From Reclinomonas americana ATCC 50394 (taxonomy: Eukaryota), in the NCBI GenBank assembly GCA_048213135.1, contig PS015333.1, positions 1 to 38,365 on the forward strand: a stretch of 38,365 nucleotides of DNA, given 5' to 3'. The position numbers and the translations under genes were made by a program. Each line of letters starts with the position of its first letter. Within the stretch, counting starts at the first letter, position 1. Below the pieces are notes generated by a model that was not told the origin of the DNA, did not search any database, and saw only the letters and a program-made list of their open reading frames with translations. Of this stretch, positions 12,547-26,328 are shown in pieces.

Positions 12547-13480
12547 CCCAAGAGCCGGGCCATCTACCTTCAGCAGTTCATCAACGTTAATATGCGCGAT
12601 ACTCGCGAGCTACGACCAGTGAAGCCAGAGGACGCGTGTTGCGAAGCTGTTGTTGTGGACACGTGAATTCGAACGCGCTGTGGTCATTCATGCAAGTCTT
12701 GTCGAGACAGGCGTGCAGCACCAACTGTCGGATCATGATCTTTATTTCGCGAGCCCAGATATCCGAAGAGTGGTCGAGATTGGTTGAGTATTGACGATGT
12801 AACTCGCTGTGTGCGGCTCAATGTGTGTTCGGGTTGGTGTAGTTCCACAGCGTTCCTGACACGAGCGCACTGCGCCACGGAGTTGCTTTCTCTGTCGTGA
12901 GAGATCGTGAACTGTGTNNNNNNNNNNNNNNNNNNNNNNNNNNNNNNNNNNNNNNNNNNNNNNNNNNNNNNNNNNNNNNNNNNNNNNNNNNNNNNNNNNN
13001 NNNNNNNNNNNNNNNNNNNNNNNNNNNNNNNNNNNNNNNNNNNNNNNNNNNNNNNNNNNNNNNNNNNNNNNNNNNNNNNNNNNNNNNNNNNNNNNNNNNN
13101 NNNNNNNNNNNNNNNNNNNNNNNNNNNNNNNNNNNNNNNNNNNNNNNNNNNNNNNNNNNNNNNNNNNNNNNNNNNNNNNNNNNNNNNNNNNNNNNNNNNN
13201 NNNNNNNNNNNNNNNNNNNNNNNNNNNNNNNNNNNNNNNNNNNNNNNNNNNNNNNNNNNNNNNNNNNNNNNNNNNNNNNNNNNNNNNNNNNNNNNNNNNN
13301 NNNNNNNNNNNNNNNNNNGTCAGCCCCTCTTCGCAGTCCGCTGCTCGCGGACGGATATCCATCGATATTGTTTTCGCTTTCTTTCTCGTTCGCGTCGGAG
13401 CACAGGTGAGCAGCTTTCGTGAGTTGCCATCCGTGTATGCCCCCGTGTTGCTCACTGTGCTGCGCCACTCAGCTATAAGC

Positions 13481-14828
13481 ATGAGACTGTCGATCCTGTT
13501 GTCACTGGTGGTGGCCGCGTTGGCGGTGGTGGTGTGCATGACGGCCGTGTCTGAGGCACGCCGTATGAATCGCCAGGAGGTGCGCGAGGTGCTGCAAGAC
13601 CTCGAAGGTACGTACGCAAACAAACAGTGCTTTCTCCCACCTGCGCAACTCTCGCTCTCTCTCGTCACGTCGTCGTCCTCTATTTTTTCTTCTCACATGT
13701 CTTCTCGTCTCGCTTCCACCTCTCCTCCCCCTCTGTTCACTTCTTTTCTCATTCCCGTTCCGCTTCCCTCTCTCCTTTCCTCTCTCCCTCGCCCTCTGTT
13801 CCCTTGCTCCGTACGCGTCCTCGTTCCGATCCTGTATGTCCTCANNNNNNNNNNNNNNNNNNNNNNNNNNNNNNNNNNNNNNNNNNNNNNNNNNNNNNNN
13901 NNNNNNNNNNNNNNNNNNNNNNNNNNNNNNNNNNNNNNNNNNNNNNNNNNNNNNNNNNNNNNNNNNNNNNNNNNNNNNNNNNNNNNNNNNNNNNNNNNNN
14001 NNNNNNNNNNNNNNNNNNNNNNNNNNNNNNNNNNNNNNNNNNNNNNNNNNNNNNNNNNNNNNNNNNNNNNNNNNNNNNNNNNNNNNNNTTTTCCGTCATC
14101 ATGCAGCTCTCGGCTTCTTTGAGACGGAGGAGGGGGCCGAGGATGAGGATGAGGAGGAAGAAGACTTTGTGGGCGCTGGACAGGGCAACATCGCGGTGCT
14201 GCTGGGCAACAAGCGCAAGGCCTGGCTCTCCAAGGACAAGGTCGAGAAGCTCGGTGGCAAGTTGAAGAATGTTCGTACGCGCCTACCTCCTGAACCACCA
14301 CTTGCATCTCACTCATGCTTCAAACATTCACAGAAGTGGCAGACGCGCTGGGTGTGGCTGGAGCGCGCCGCTCTCACGCCCAATGTTCTGAGTGTCTCGT
14401 GGTGAGCAAATGAATGTCAGTGATCGATATTGTTGCAATGCACTGCACAGCGGTGACTAACGTGGTGGCGTGTACACAGGACGGAGGATGAGTCGCCAAT
14501 CAACCCCAAGCACTCGTTCAACGTCAACCTGGCGGACTTTGGCAGGATTGCTGTTGCGTGCGACACAACCACGCACATCTCTGATCACTGCACTGCTGAC
14601 TCGTACCGACTGCAGATTGGCACGGACGCCACGAACAATGCCATCACCACAATCGACTTTGGCACCGGCAAAGTGTACGTCTCCGCACGCAGCACGCCGT
14701 CGCCGTCTTTCGTATACCCCCGTCACTCACGATTGATTCATGCATGCAGGTACAAGTTCAAGAACTTCCAGACGGCAGGGCTTGCGGCCGACCTGCGTGC
14801 AGCCATTGCCTTTGTACCGGAAGCGTAA
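13481..14828 (+). CDS. Small secreted protein: signal peptide + acidic linker + PH-like domain
   Basis: MRLSILLSLVVAALAVVVCMTAVSEA (signal), then ETEEGAEDEDEEEEDFVG, then spliced KVEKLGGKLKN|KWQTRWVWL...SVSW|TEDESPINPKHSFNVNL...IA|IGTD...IDFGTGKV|YKFK...AADLRAAI (PH-fold pattern). TAA at 14826-14828. A probable 5'UTR intron lies at about 13406-13472. Confidence 0.75.
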
Positions 14829-15046
14829 AAAACACTCAAGCGACTTCCCAGTTGGCGAAGCACAGCCTGTCGACTGTTATTATATGAACACGCGTGCGAA
14901 AACCCAAAGTCTCTGCGTGTCGTGCATCCCCCTGCTTGAAGACTGTTGCACCACAGTGCGCGCGCTAGTCGATCCCTCGTCGGTGCAGCGGTATTGACAC
15001 ACCGTCACGCGCTGCAAAAAATGCAAGGTGGCGCACCACACTGCAC

Positions 15047-16971
15047 TCACGATACTCGGACACACTCAAGCCTGATGGTCAGCTGCGGCGTGTATCCCAG
15101 GTAGCACAAGCGCACATCGTCCGGTACCACCCAGTTCGGCACTCGATCATCGATTCGCTGTCAGCCAACCAATCAGCAATCGCCATCTCTGTCGGGAAAA
15201 GAAAACCCCGCCTCACCTCTGCCATGCCACTGCTCTGCGCCACAATCGTCTTTTGTCGCTGGTCGATCACAAACGTCACCGGGCTGCTGCGCGCGAGCGA
15301 CAGTGCCGAACCGTTCTGCAGTCGAACCTCGGTCAGTGACCATTGAAGAGAGGCAAATCATATGTGCATCAACGCACCGCAATTTGGAGCGACGGAAACG
15401 ATGTGTGCCAGAGCATGAACAGCCCACTCGCTGCTCCGTGCGGTGAGTTCACATTCATCATCTCGCCGACTTTTGCTCCGTCGTAAAAGCCCAGCATAAA
15501 GTACTGCGCAGCGCCAGCGGGCACGTGACATCGTATTTCGCACACACCATTGGGACCTGCCGGCAACGGCGTCGTGGCCACACAGCCAATGTAGGCATGC
15601 GCGTTGTGCGTGAATGTGGCCTCCATTCCATCGGGCGACACGCGATACAGATTGCCACGCAGCTCATCACTCCACCGAAGGGACTCAACCGCAGCAGCAG
15701 GTGGACGCACCGACTGCTGCAGTGCTGGCGGTCGAAGGCGAGGCGGAGGGACAACCTCGTCGTGAAACAGGTCGGGGGCGGCCAAGTAGTCCGTCCACCA
15801 AAGGTACCGTTGCGGAGGGAAGATACGACTCAGCTTCACCTCGCGCACGCTGTACGCATGGCGGAGGAGAGGAAAGCATAAGCTTGGAACATCACGACAG
15901 GGAACTGATTACACACCACTCTCGCGGCAAGTGATACAAGCGAATGGCAGTAGCCGGCTCCGCACACACCTCGGCAATCCGCAACTGCTCCGTTTCACTC
16001 CACTCCGCCACCTCCTTGCCCACTGCCACTCCACACTGTGTGCTACACGCACGGTTGAGTGTCACGAGGAAAATGATTCTCCATCGCAGCGACGTGCGCC
16101 ACACGCACCACCCCCAGGCCAACAAGGCTCTCCACAAATCGACCTCGTCGGCATCGAGTTCGTCGAGCAGCAACAGACGCATCAGCGTCGCGACCGAACA
16201 CCGCAGGAAAGCGTCTGTCTGCAGCACTTCGCGTGTTTGATTGCTCACGATGAGCAAACTGTCGCGCTGGATGCGATCAAACTCTGGCCCCAGCATATCC
16301 ACATTCTCCAAGAACGACACCGCCGTGTCGACTCCAATGCGCTGCGAGACAACTCCAAGCAAGTGCTCCCACAATTCCGTGACTCGCATCTCATCACAGG
16401 CCGCCATCAGCGCAAACACCTCCGACAAGGCATAATCCACCGCGCCCGTGTACAGGAAGCGCAGTACTTGGCGCATCACTGGCGTTGCCACATTGCGCTT
16501 CTCGATGCGCCGCTGAGCAGCCTCGGACCACTCTGTCGGCATGTCGATGAGTAAGAGACAACATGGATGAGAATGATGACACCAACCATCGCCGTTGGCC
16601 AGCATGGCAGCAAAGTAGGGCGAGCGCACCACCAGCACCAGTGAGTGTGCTCGCAGCTCAGTGCCCTCCTGTGTGCACGACTCAGCAATTCATCTTCCAC
16701 ACCGCACCGAAGCGCTCTTGCCAACCAACCGTTCCCGCGACAATGGTCACATCGGCCATGCGCACAGCGTGCTCGCCACACTGCTCCTCACCCTCACAGA
16801 AAGGCATTGCGCGCGCCCAGGCCAACAGCACCACAGACTCGGCTTGTTGCCATTGAAGTCGCACATGAGGAGAGGTCTGAAGAGGACGAAGGAACAACAG
16901 GGTTTAGCGAGGAGACCGACAGAGAGATAGAGAGCACACGTAACGTGCTGCTGAGATGCACTCGCAGCCAT
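15047..16971 (-). CDS. BTB/POZ-BACK domain protein with a C-terminal SPRY-like beta-sandwich (cullin-3 adaptor-like)
   Basis: MADVTIVAGT|EGTELRAHSLVLVVRSPYFAAML..|EWSEAAQRRIEK...VLRFLYTG (BTB); TDAFLRCS...LLLLDELDADEVDLWRALLAWG (BACK); LRWSDELRGNLYRVSPDGMEATF...VATTPLP...FMLGF (SPRY-like). Last exon ends ...ECVRVS* at 15047. Start uncertain (16971, 17004 or 17025). Confidence 0.82.
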
Positions 16972-17049
16972 CGCGACGGTGAAAGAGACGACGGACGTCC
17001 GCATCGATGCAGGACTTGATTGCATTTGTCACGTCTCCGCTCACCACCG
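16972..17049. promoter_or_regulatory. Very short divergent (bidirectional) promoter region between the BTB gene and the beta-helix gene
   Basis: The inferred ATGs at 16971 (-) and 17050 (+) face away from each other about 80 bp apart. Inference only. Confidence 0.35.
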
Positions 17050-20000
17050 ATGCATGCGCAGGTCTCCTCTTCTTGCTTGCATGTGTGTGTGTGTGTATGC
17101 GTGTACCCTTGCGTGCTGACCACGTTTGTTGCGTAATCGCACAGAAGGCGGTGGCGGAAGAACGGCATGGTCGCCGCCGCCGGTGCCGTCGAAGGCAATG
17201 CGACCTGCTTCTCATTCTCTCAGCACTGCTGTGCGTCATGGGAGGCGTGCTTGCTCTGCAGCAGTGTACTGGTGCGTGTGTGCAAGTGTGTGTTGCATGC
17301 GCGCACACTCGCAACTCAACAGTGTGTGTGCATGGTGTGGATTAGTGTATGTGGCTCCCGGAGGCGCTACTGATGCCGCCACCTGCGGTGTGTCGGCGAC
17401 GCCGCTGGCTTCGGCGTGCGATATCCGTTCGGCGTATGCAGCGTGTGTGAGTCGCGGAACAGCAGGTCCCACGGCCAACCTCTCCATCATGTTCACCAGC
17501 GGCCTCTACGATTTGACCAGTGACAACTATCAGCTGGCGGTCACTGGTGTGTCACGCATGCATGTGTGTGTGTGCTGTCGCTTCCCTCTCCTGGTGCTGA
17601 CGATGGTGTCGTCGATGTGCAGCGGCCACCATCGAACTGATGGCGGTGTCGGAGTCCGCGAGTATCAAGGCCAGTGGCTTGGCAATGACGGCCACGACCA
17701 CCACGGGCTCGATCACCATGCAGGGACTGACGGTTCTCGGCGGGCAGGTACAGTTGCTGCCCTCGGCAACACTGGCCACGCCGTTGACGGTGTCAGTAGT
17801 CAATTGCACCTTTAGCGGATCAAATGGCGTCTTGAGTCCGCTGACAATCGGCACGGTGCCAATGATGCCGGCGCCGATCGCCCCCTTGGAGCTCACGGTG
17901 TCGGGTTGCTCATTTTCTCATTCGTCCACCAGCAACGGCATCGGTGGCGGTGGACTGCATGTGCCGGCGTACTACACCATGGTGACCCTGTCGCAGAGCA
18001 CGTTTACCAATTGCACGGCCACGGTGGGGAGAGGCAGAAGCAGCGATGCAGTGTGACCTTCTGCTCCTCACGACTATCTCTCTCTTCGTGATGCAGGGCC
18101 TTGGTGCGTCGGGTGGTGCCGTGTACTTGCCGAACCCATACCTTTCCGGCAACGTGGTCATCACTTCGTGTAGCTTCCAAAACAACGCCGCCATCGGCAA
18201 CGGGACCGAGACGCAAATGTTTACCGGTGGAGGTCGGTCGGCGTGCACGCGCACGTATCTTGTCGTTCCTGCAGCTGCTCACCGACACATGTTCCCTCGG
18301 GCAGGCGCTGTATTCATTCGCAGCTCCATAACTCTGGCGGTAACCAACTCCACATTTGTCGGTAACCTGGTGCGCAACCTGGCGGGCGATGCCAGCGGTG
18401 GCGGAGCACTGGTTTGTTGACTCGCACGCGCTCTTTTTTTTTCGGTTCCTTGTTTGTTGCTCACTCGCGGCACAACATCTTCACGTGGTAGTACACGGGT
18501 GGTATCACCACGACAGTGGTGACCTCGTCGACGTTTGCAAACAACGTGGCGGTGAATTGTGGCATTGCGGCCCCCGCAATCACCAATATCGGGAGTGCCA
18601 GCAATGGCGGCGGAGCCATTTTCTCCCAAGATTGTGTGGCGCTCACCATCACCAATTCGACCTTTACGCAAAATCTCGCCACTGGCAACTCCAACGGCAT
18701 GAACTGCATCGGACAGACCAAAATGTGTACGGTGACTGGAGCGGCCGCCATTGGTGGCCAGCTGTCGGGTGGAGGAGTTGAGTGACTGCAGAGTTGATTC
18801 TTCGCGTGTGCTGCAAGGCATAGCGCACTGATACTAGTGTGCGGTGCCGCAGGCGATGTACATATCCATCACGGACCCAATGGGCGGAACGCTCACGATG
18901 ACAGGCTCCACATTCAGTGGCAACGCAGCCTCGAACAATTGTGGTGGAGGCTCGTACATTTTCGGCGACGGGAACTCGGGCTCCCAGTGCGGTGGCGGTG
19001 TGTGCGCGTGTCCGCCAATCCTACGCGTCTGCTATCGACACTCACTCGTCTCCAATGACTGCGGCCAGGTGGTGTGTGGGTCGACGGTCTTGCGGCCATG
19101 ACGGTGTGTTTCTGTGGAATGTGCATTTGGTTTCATGATCCCTCTTGCTTACGTAATCGACAGATTGCCAATTGCACCTTTGTAGGGAATGCTGCCAACA
19201 ACAATGGTGATCGTCTGGTTCCATTTTCGTTCCTCATCGGTTCGTGTGTTCATCCTTGCGCCTTTTCTCACACAGCTATCGGTGGATCTAAGAACAACGG
19301 ACACGGCGATGTCGTTGCGTTGCTGTTACCTCTGGGTATTCTCCGCGCTGTGGTGTGTTGATTACATCGAGCAAGCAGATCGGTCAAATCCCGTACATCC
19401 CGAGCACTTTCACCGGCGGCGGTGGACTGTGGGCCGCGTGTGTCGACGGTCCATGTAACATTACAGTCAGTGTTGGTGCTTTTCGCGCGCTGCCTGCACT
19501 GTGCGTTGCCAACGAAAGGCGTGTGTTTCCAGGTTACGGGGTCGTCATTTCGCAGCAACCAGGCCAACGGAAACGCCTCGGCTGGCTCCTTCAATGGGCT
19601 CACTGGCATGGTCACCGCGTCTGGTGGTCTCAGCGGTGGAGGTGTGTGTATATGCATGTGCGCATTCGTGCGGGCACCCGTTCATCGCGTCTTTTCCTCT
19701 GTCATGTGCGCAGGGGCCATGTACCTGAACATGAATGTCGGTGGCATTTTGGTTCGTGTTTGACAGGTGCACTCTGTGCGTGCTCTGCTCTGTTGTTCAC
19801 CGCTTCGTCATGCAGACGTTATCGGATTCAGAGTTCGTTTCCAACGAGTCCAGCGGCAACGGGAATGGCGGCTCGCACAACAACGGAGCCAGTGATTCGC
19901 AAGGCTCTGCACTTGGTGGTATGTTGGTTCCCTCGTCTGTGCTGCACATACATGCGCTGAGTGCTGAAAAACATTACACATCGTGTGACGCACAGGCGGC

Positions 20001-23000
20001 GCAGTCTATTTGACGTCGTTCTACGGACCGACCGCAGTCGTGCGTGTCAATCCTGTAGATGTAATCGTCGATTGCATGTTTGCTTGCTTGCTGATGATCA
20101 CTCCAACCGCGCGCAGTACGTTACTCGTTCTCTGTTTTCGTCAAACACTGTGCAAAACATCGCGTGCGTCGTTGCCATCCATGCTTCGCTAACGGCAGTG
20201 GTTGCACGACTCCTCACACTATGGCTACGCGCAGTTGCGGTGGCCCGTACTCTCAAGCCGGCAGCTGCAACGCTCTGGGTACCGAAGCCGGTGGCGGCGC
20301 CTTCATGGGTTACTGCCTCGCCGGTGGAAGTATGGTTGGCCAGTCTTTGCGTGATGATGGCTGCTGCATGGCTGCCTTTTCACGCTCTCTCTCGTACAGT
20401 ATGTGCAGTCATCGCAGTTTGTCGGCAACTCGGTGGTGAACGCCGCCAACGGCGGCAGCGGTTGCTTTCAAGGAGGCAACAGTGACACGGACTCGATCGG
20501 CGGTGGGGCCATTTTGTTCTACACACAAAACGGCCCAAGTCAAATGGTGCGTGCGTCACGATCCGCCTCCGCATGTCCGTCCCTCCTCTCTCTCTCTCTC
20601 TGTCATCCTCAGTTGCTGCGCACTCAACGCAGAACGTTACGGCCTCTGAGTTCTCGGCAAATGTCGTGGCCACGAGCGGCAATGGTGGAAACAACAATTC
20701 GGGAACCGGAGGGTCCAGTGCCATTGGAGTTGGAGGCGGCGCTTTGTACTGCGACTTCCAGACGGGCGGCAGTCTCGTGCGTATGTCGACGAGGAGTGCC
20801 CCGAAGATAAGAAATCTCACCTTCACACACACATTGCAGTTCATGTACAACTCGGCAATCAATAACAACCTCGTCGATTCATGCGCCAGTGGCGGCAATG
20901 CCAATTATGCCGACAGTTCGGCGTCAGCCGGCAACGGAGGTGAGTGAGTGTGTTCGCACTACTGGTCCGACTGTGTGTTACTGACTGGGTTCCGGCAGGC
21001 GGTGGCGGCTTGTACTTTTACACGGCATCGTCGTCTGCATTGGTATGTGCGGTGGACCGTGCCACGGTAACGAATAGTCTTGCATGCGTGCCGCTCTTGT
21101 AACTCTCCACCTTCGTCAACGCAGATCATGGCAAACATCACGTGGATTGGCAACATTGTACGATGGCACAATCGTGGCGGAACCAACACCGTCAACGGCG
21201 CGGGATTTGCCAACAACGGCAGTGTCGGAGGAGTTGTGTTTGCTTCTTCTGTTTCTGCGCGTGAGCACACACAACAATCCGGCATCTCACGACGTTGCAG
21301 GGAGCGGCATTTGTTGGCTCTGGAACCACCGGATATATGGTTTGTATGTGTGTGTCACCCCTTCCCGCCTTTCGTACTCATGTGCAGCATCGCCAGACCG
21401 TGTACGATTGCACATTTCGCAACAATTCAGTCATCTACTGCTCAGTCGGCGGCAACGGTAACGTACTCGGTGGCAACAGCGAATCAGGACAGACGGGGGG
21501 CGGTGAGAAGTCAAGCTGAACGACGATCGGAATCTGTTGTTGCCATGCTCACTGGTGTTGTTCACTGTTTTCTTCTGCAGGTGCACTCTGGATGTACATG
21601 CGAGGGTTGCGTCTTTCCGCTCTCCGGCATCGCAGTCGCTCGTCTCGTTCTGTTTCTTACACCACCGAATGTACAGGTCGCAGGGCACGTTGGTCAGTGC
21701 GAAATGCACGCGTGTCGAGAGTATGTCTATCACTTGCTGAGTTGTTGCGTGTTTTTTTGCATAGACGATTACGAGGACCTCGTTTCTCGACAACGCTGCC
21801 ATCGGGAATGGATCTGGCGCACTTCGAGAGGCCGGCAACGCGGCCAGTGCCTCGCAGAACTCGAACGGCGGGGGTGCAATGCTGTTGCTCACCAACTACG
21901 AGGTGCAGTTTTGTGGGCCAATATTTGCTTTATCGTACGCACCACTGACACATGTGGTGTGGCAGACGACGCTGTCAAATCTGTATTTTGCCAACAACCG
22001 GGCCACTCAGAACGGCCGTGGCGGCAATTACAGTCTGCTTGGGCAGTCGAACAGCAGCTGGAACGGCGGGGGAGGGCTGTTGTTGGGCATCTCCGGTGCC
22101 TCCAATTTGGTAGACGCACCTGTGTTTTGCTCAGGAGCTGTTTGGCAATATCTCTCATTGTCCTGCTTAGACTCTGTCATCGCTCGTCTTCTACAACAAC
22201 ACATCGATGGACAACGGCAGCGGAGGCGATTATGCGGAACAGTTCGGCAGCTCGTTGGGCGGCTTCAACGGCGGCGGTGCGTCATCCTTCCCTCGTAAAC
22301 TTGCGTCGTCGGTGACTTGACGCTCGCTCGCAGGTGGCGCGCTCATTTTTGCCTACGAGAATGCAAATCACCTGCTTCTCATCGTCAACTCGACGTTCAC
22401 CACCAATTACAGCATCCGCGATGGTGCCGGTGGAGACTTTGCACGGTGCGTCGTTGTTGTTCTTGTCTTTCTGATTTTGCTCTTTAGTTTTTTCAACTGG
22501 CATGCACAGCGTCGACTCTCGTGGCTCTAATCACAACGGTGGTGGTGAGTCGCTATTGGCAAACTTCTGTCTGGCTCGCCGTCCTTCTCACTTTACGTCC
22601 TTCGTCGAATCGCAGGCGGAATGACTGTGCCGGAGGGCGGGACGACCATCACCAACAGTACCTTCCTCTACAACATCGCCATTGATCCGGGTGTTGGTGG
22701 ACGCGTGTCTGTCAACACGACTGCTCACTTCATCTCCGGCGATAGCAATGGCGGTGCGTGTGTCGTGTGCAACCGCTTTGTAGATTTCGTGAAACATAAC
22801 GTGCTTCTGTGAATGTGTGCAGGTGGTGCGTTGCTGGCCTACAATGGAGCAAAAGTTGCTGCATGCACATTCCTGTCCAACACGCTGCAGCTGTCGTCGA
22901 CGGCAATCAGCGCCGGCCACTCCAATGGAGGTTTCGAATGTGTTTGCGCGCGCTTTGTGTGGATGACCGACCGCTCACCTTTCTTCGGCCACCGCTGCGC

Positions 23001-24912
23001 AGGCGGAGCACTCCTTCTCGACACCCAATCTTTGTGCCACAATAGTACGTTCATGTACAATGTGGTGCAGAGTCCACTTGGCCCTGCTGCCGGTGGCGCG
23101 GTCCTCCTCGGCACCAATTCACTGCTCAGATGGGCCTCAATCGTCTCCAAGCTTCGCCATGTTCTTTTCCTGCACCCTTGCTCGCGTCGATCGTACGACT
23201 GACTGTTGCACACAGTACGGTGACTTCCACAACTGGCGGTGGTGGAATCGGTCTCATTGGTCGTGGTGGCTCCATCCTGTCTTGCAGGATCCTGTCCAAC
23301 ACAGCCGTTGGCGGCACCGGCGGCGGCGGCATTGCAGCCGTGTCGGTGGCCACGAATACCACAATTGTAGACACATTGCTGGCTAACGGTGCAGCAGTCC
23401 TTGGCGGCGCGGTCTCCCTCATCGCTATCGACTCCGCAATCACGTTTTCCAACTGCCAGTTGGTGAACAATCGCGCGTCACTGAATGGCGGCGCTATCCA
23501 CGCGTCGTCATCGTCGCAAGTCGTCTTGTCATCCAACACCCAGGTGTCGAACAACGAGGCCGGTGAATTCGGCGGTGCGATTTTCTCTGCCTCGTCCGCG
23601 TCGGTGGTCGCCAGCGACTCCATTCTGCAGAACAATCGGGCGCAGTTCGGCAGCGGCTTATTCTTGGCCGACTTGAGCGTCGCCTCATTCACCCACGTGC
23701 AGCTGGTCAACAACACCGCAACGTCGGTGCGTACGCCTTGCCTCACTTCTTTTTGCACACGCTACTTACTGTGCACTCATTTCTTGTCAGGCCGACGGTG
23801 GCGCGACTTATGTGACCGGTTCCGCGCAACTTTCGCTCACCGACTGCCTACTGCAGAGTAATGTGGCCACGGTGCGTTCAGTCTTGGTGGTGACATTTTG
23901 ATTGTCTCTGTCTTTCTCATCATGATGTGCGTGTCGGCGTTGCAGCTTGGCGGCGGTGGTGTGTTTGCCGAGCAACTGGCCGAGATCTCCAGCAACGGAT
24001 GTCGCTTGCTCTCCAACAGTGCGTCCACCAATGGCGGGCACGTGTACATGGCCGGTCTCAGCACGTGGACAGGTAATCAACACAGCGCAGTTTGATACAT
24101 GTGAGATGACTGGCACCGGCTGAGAAACGATGTACTCGCAAACACAGATACCGGCAGCACATTTTTGCAAGGTTCGGCCGACTTGCAGGGCGGTATGCTG
24201 TATGCCGGTGGCGCGTCTGCTGTCCAGCTTTCTGGCTCGTCGGCGCAATTGTCGTCGGCCGAAGCTGGTGGCGCGTTGTCGATCACCGAAACCGCATTTG
24301 TCAATGTTACCAACAGCCAGCTGAGCAGCAACTCGGCTGCCTCAGGTGCCGGCGCATACGTGCAGAATCAGTCGACTGTCCGCATCATCGGCTCGCAGTT
24401 CAACGCCAACGCGGCTGTGAATGTGGGCGGTGCACTGATGGCAACCGGGACCGGGTCACTACTGTTGCAGGGCTCATCTTTTGTTGGGAATACTGCGTTC
24501 GCGGGTGACGGCGGCGCCATGTCACTCTCCTCCAGTTTGCAAGCGGCAGTAATGGGATGCACATTCACTGGCAATAGCGCGCTTCGCGGTGGCGCCATTT
24601 CTGTGAACATGACCGCCCTTGATGCGGAGCAGTGGAGTGTCGGACCTGGCGATGTGGTGGCGCTGGGCTTGATATTGCAGCAGTCACAGTTTGTGAACAA
24701 CTCTGCCGTATTGACGGGCGCTGGAGACCTTGTCGGTGGCGGTGGTGGCGGTGCGCTCTTCTGGAACGCGCTGGGTGATCCGTCGTCGCTCGACGTCATG
24801 CACAGCTTCGTGGAGGCCCTGTCGCCGAACTGGGCCACGCTGCTGGGGCTGTCGTTCAGCGGCAATGTGGCTCAGTACGGCAACAACACTGCGACCTGTT
24901 GCGTATTCACGC

Positions 24913-24960
<48 letters not shown>

Positions 24961-26234
24961 GTATGCATTCTCGGCGCTCACGAATTACCTCTGGCTGCAG
25001 CACCGTACACGGCCGCCGCCACACTCCAACAGTCGTCCGAAGGCTCCATGCCGCCTTCGGTGACGGAGACACGCGCAGTCGACGTGCATGTCCTCGATGT
25101 GTTTGGATCGCCGATTTCGTCTCTGGACGGGTGGGTGTTGCAAGTGTCGTGCCCGGCGTGCACCAACCAGGTCTCGTTGGAGCGTGTGTGTGAGGGCCTT
25201 TCTTCGCTGTTCTTTTCATTCGTTTTTCTCTGTATTATGCAGTCGGCACATATCACAGAGGCCACCACCAACGGCGTGGCCACTTTCCAACTTCCCGTGG
25301 TTGCGCCTTCTGCGGGACAGAGCTCCACGTTTAACATCGCGGTGCAGAGTGTCAATGCGGCGTTTTCTACGGCACCACCCACTCTCAATTTGGGGATTCT
25401 CCCGTGTCCTATCGGAGAAGAATACGTGGACAGTGTCGGCTGTCAGGCGTGCCCTCGTGGCGAGTTCTCGCTCACTCAGCAATCATGTCAGGTTTGTGTA
25501 CCAGAAATTGCTTTCGTTCTTCGTGTGCTCATCAACGAACGCATCTCACTGCACTGGCATCAGCCGTGCCCTCTCGGCATGACATGTTACGGAGGACCCG
25601 ACGTGACTGTCAGCAGCACGCGGTGGGCTTTCCCGCTCGCCGTCAACGCACCACCACCGCTTCCCATCACCACCTATCTGTGTCCCTACGATTTCTGCGA
25701 CGTGGGCGATGCCGGAGCCACTCCTTACGCACCAGGTGCCGATTACTGTCGCGCCGACAGCTTCCGTGACAGCAACACTCCACTCTGCGGCACCTGCGTT
25801 GTTGTGTATCGAGGGATTGTGGCGCCCCCTGACCTCACTTTTTCGAGTCGCGATTGATTTGAGGTGGTGCTTGTGCAGAGCGGGTACGCCGAGTGGAACT
25901 CGGAGTGCGTGGAGTGCACTTCGCCATCTGCGTACGAGATTGCCATGCTGTTGCTTAAGGTACGAATGTTGAAAAGAGAGCAACGAGCAGCAGCTGCTCA
26001 CACGCACTTTGCCAGATGTGGGGCATTGCCGTGTTCACCGTTGCCGCGTTCCGAGGTGGCAGGTGCGTGTGTGTGAGAGAGAGAGAGAAAAAATGGGCAT
26101 GGCCACCTTCATGCCAAGTCATCTTAAACATTTCGTGCACGTGCGTACAGCGAGGCGGCTGCCGAAATGTTCTTGTTTACCTTGCAAGTTCGCATCATGT
26201 CATGTGCACCATGGCAGTTTGTGCTGCCGCTTAT

Positions 26235-26328
<94 letters not shown>

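Noticed and set aside
12547-12917. Possible ncRNA or small ORFs in the intergenic stretch
   Set aside because: No recognisable RNA motif, convincing hairpin or coding signature; truncated by a gap.
17050-24900. Recent horizontal transfer of a chlamydial Pmp autotransporter
   Set aside because: The gene is saturated with introns, has no autotransporter beta-barrel, and ends in a eukaryotic Cys-rich + multi-TM module. Such repeats are widespread in protists.
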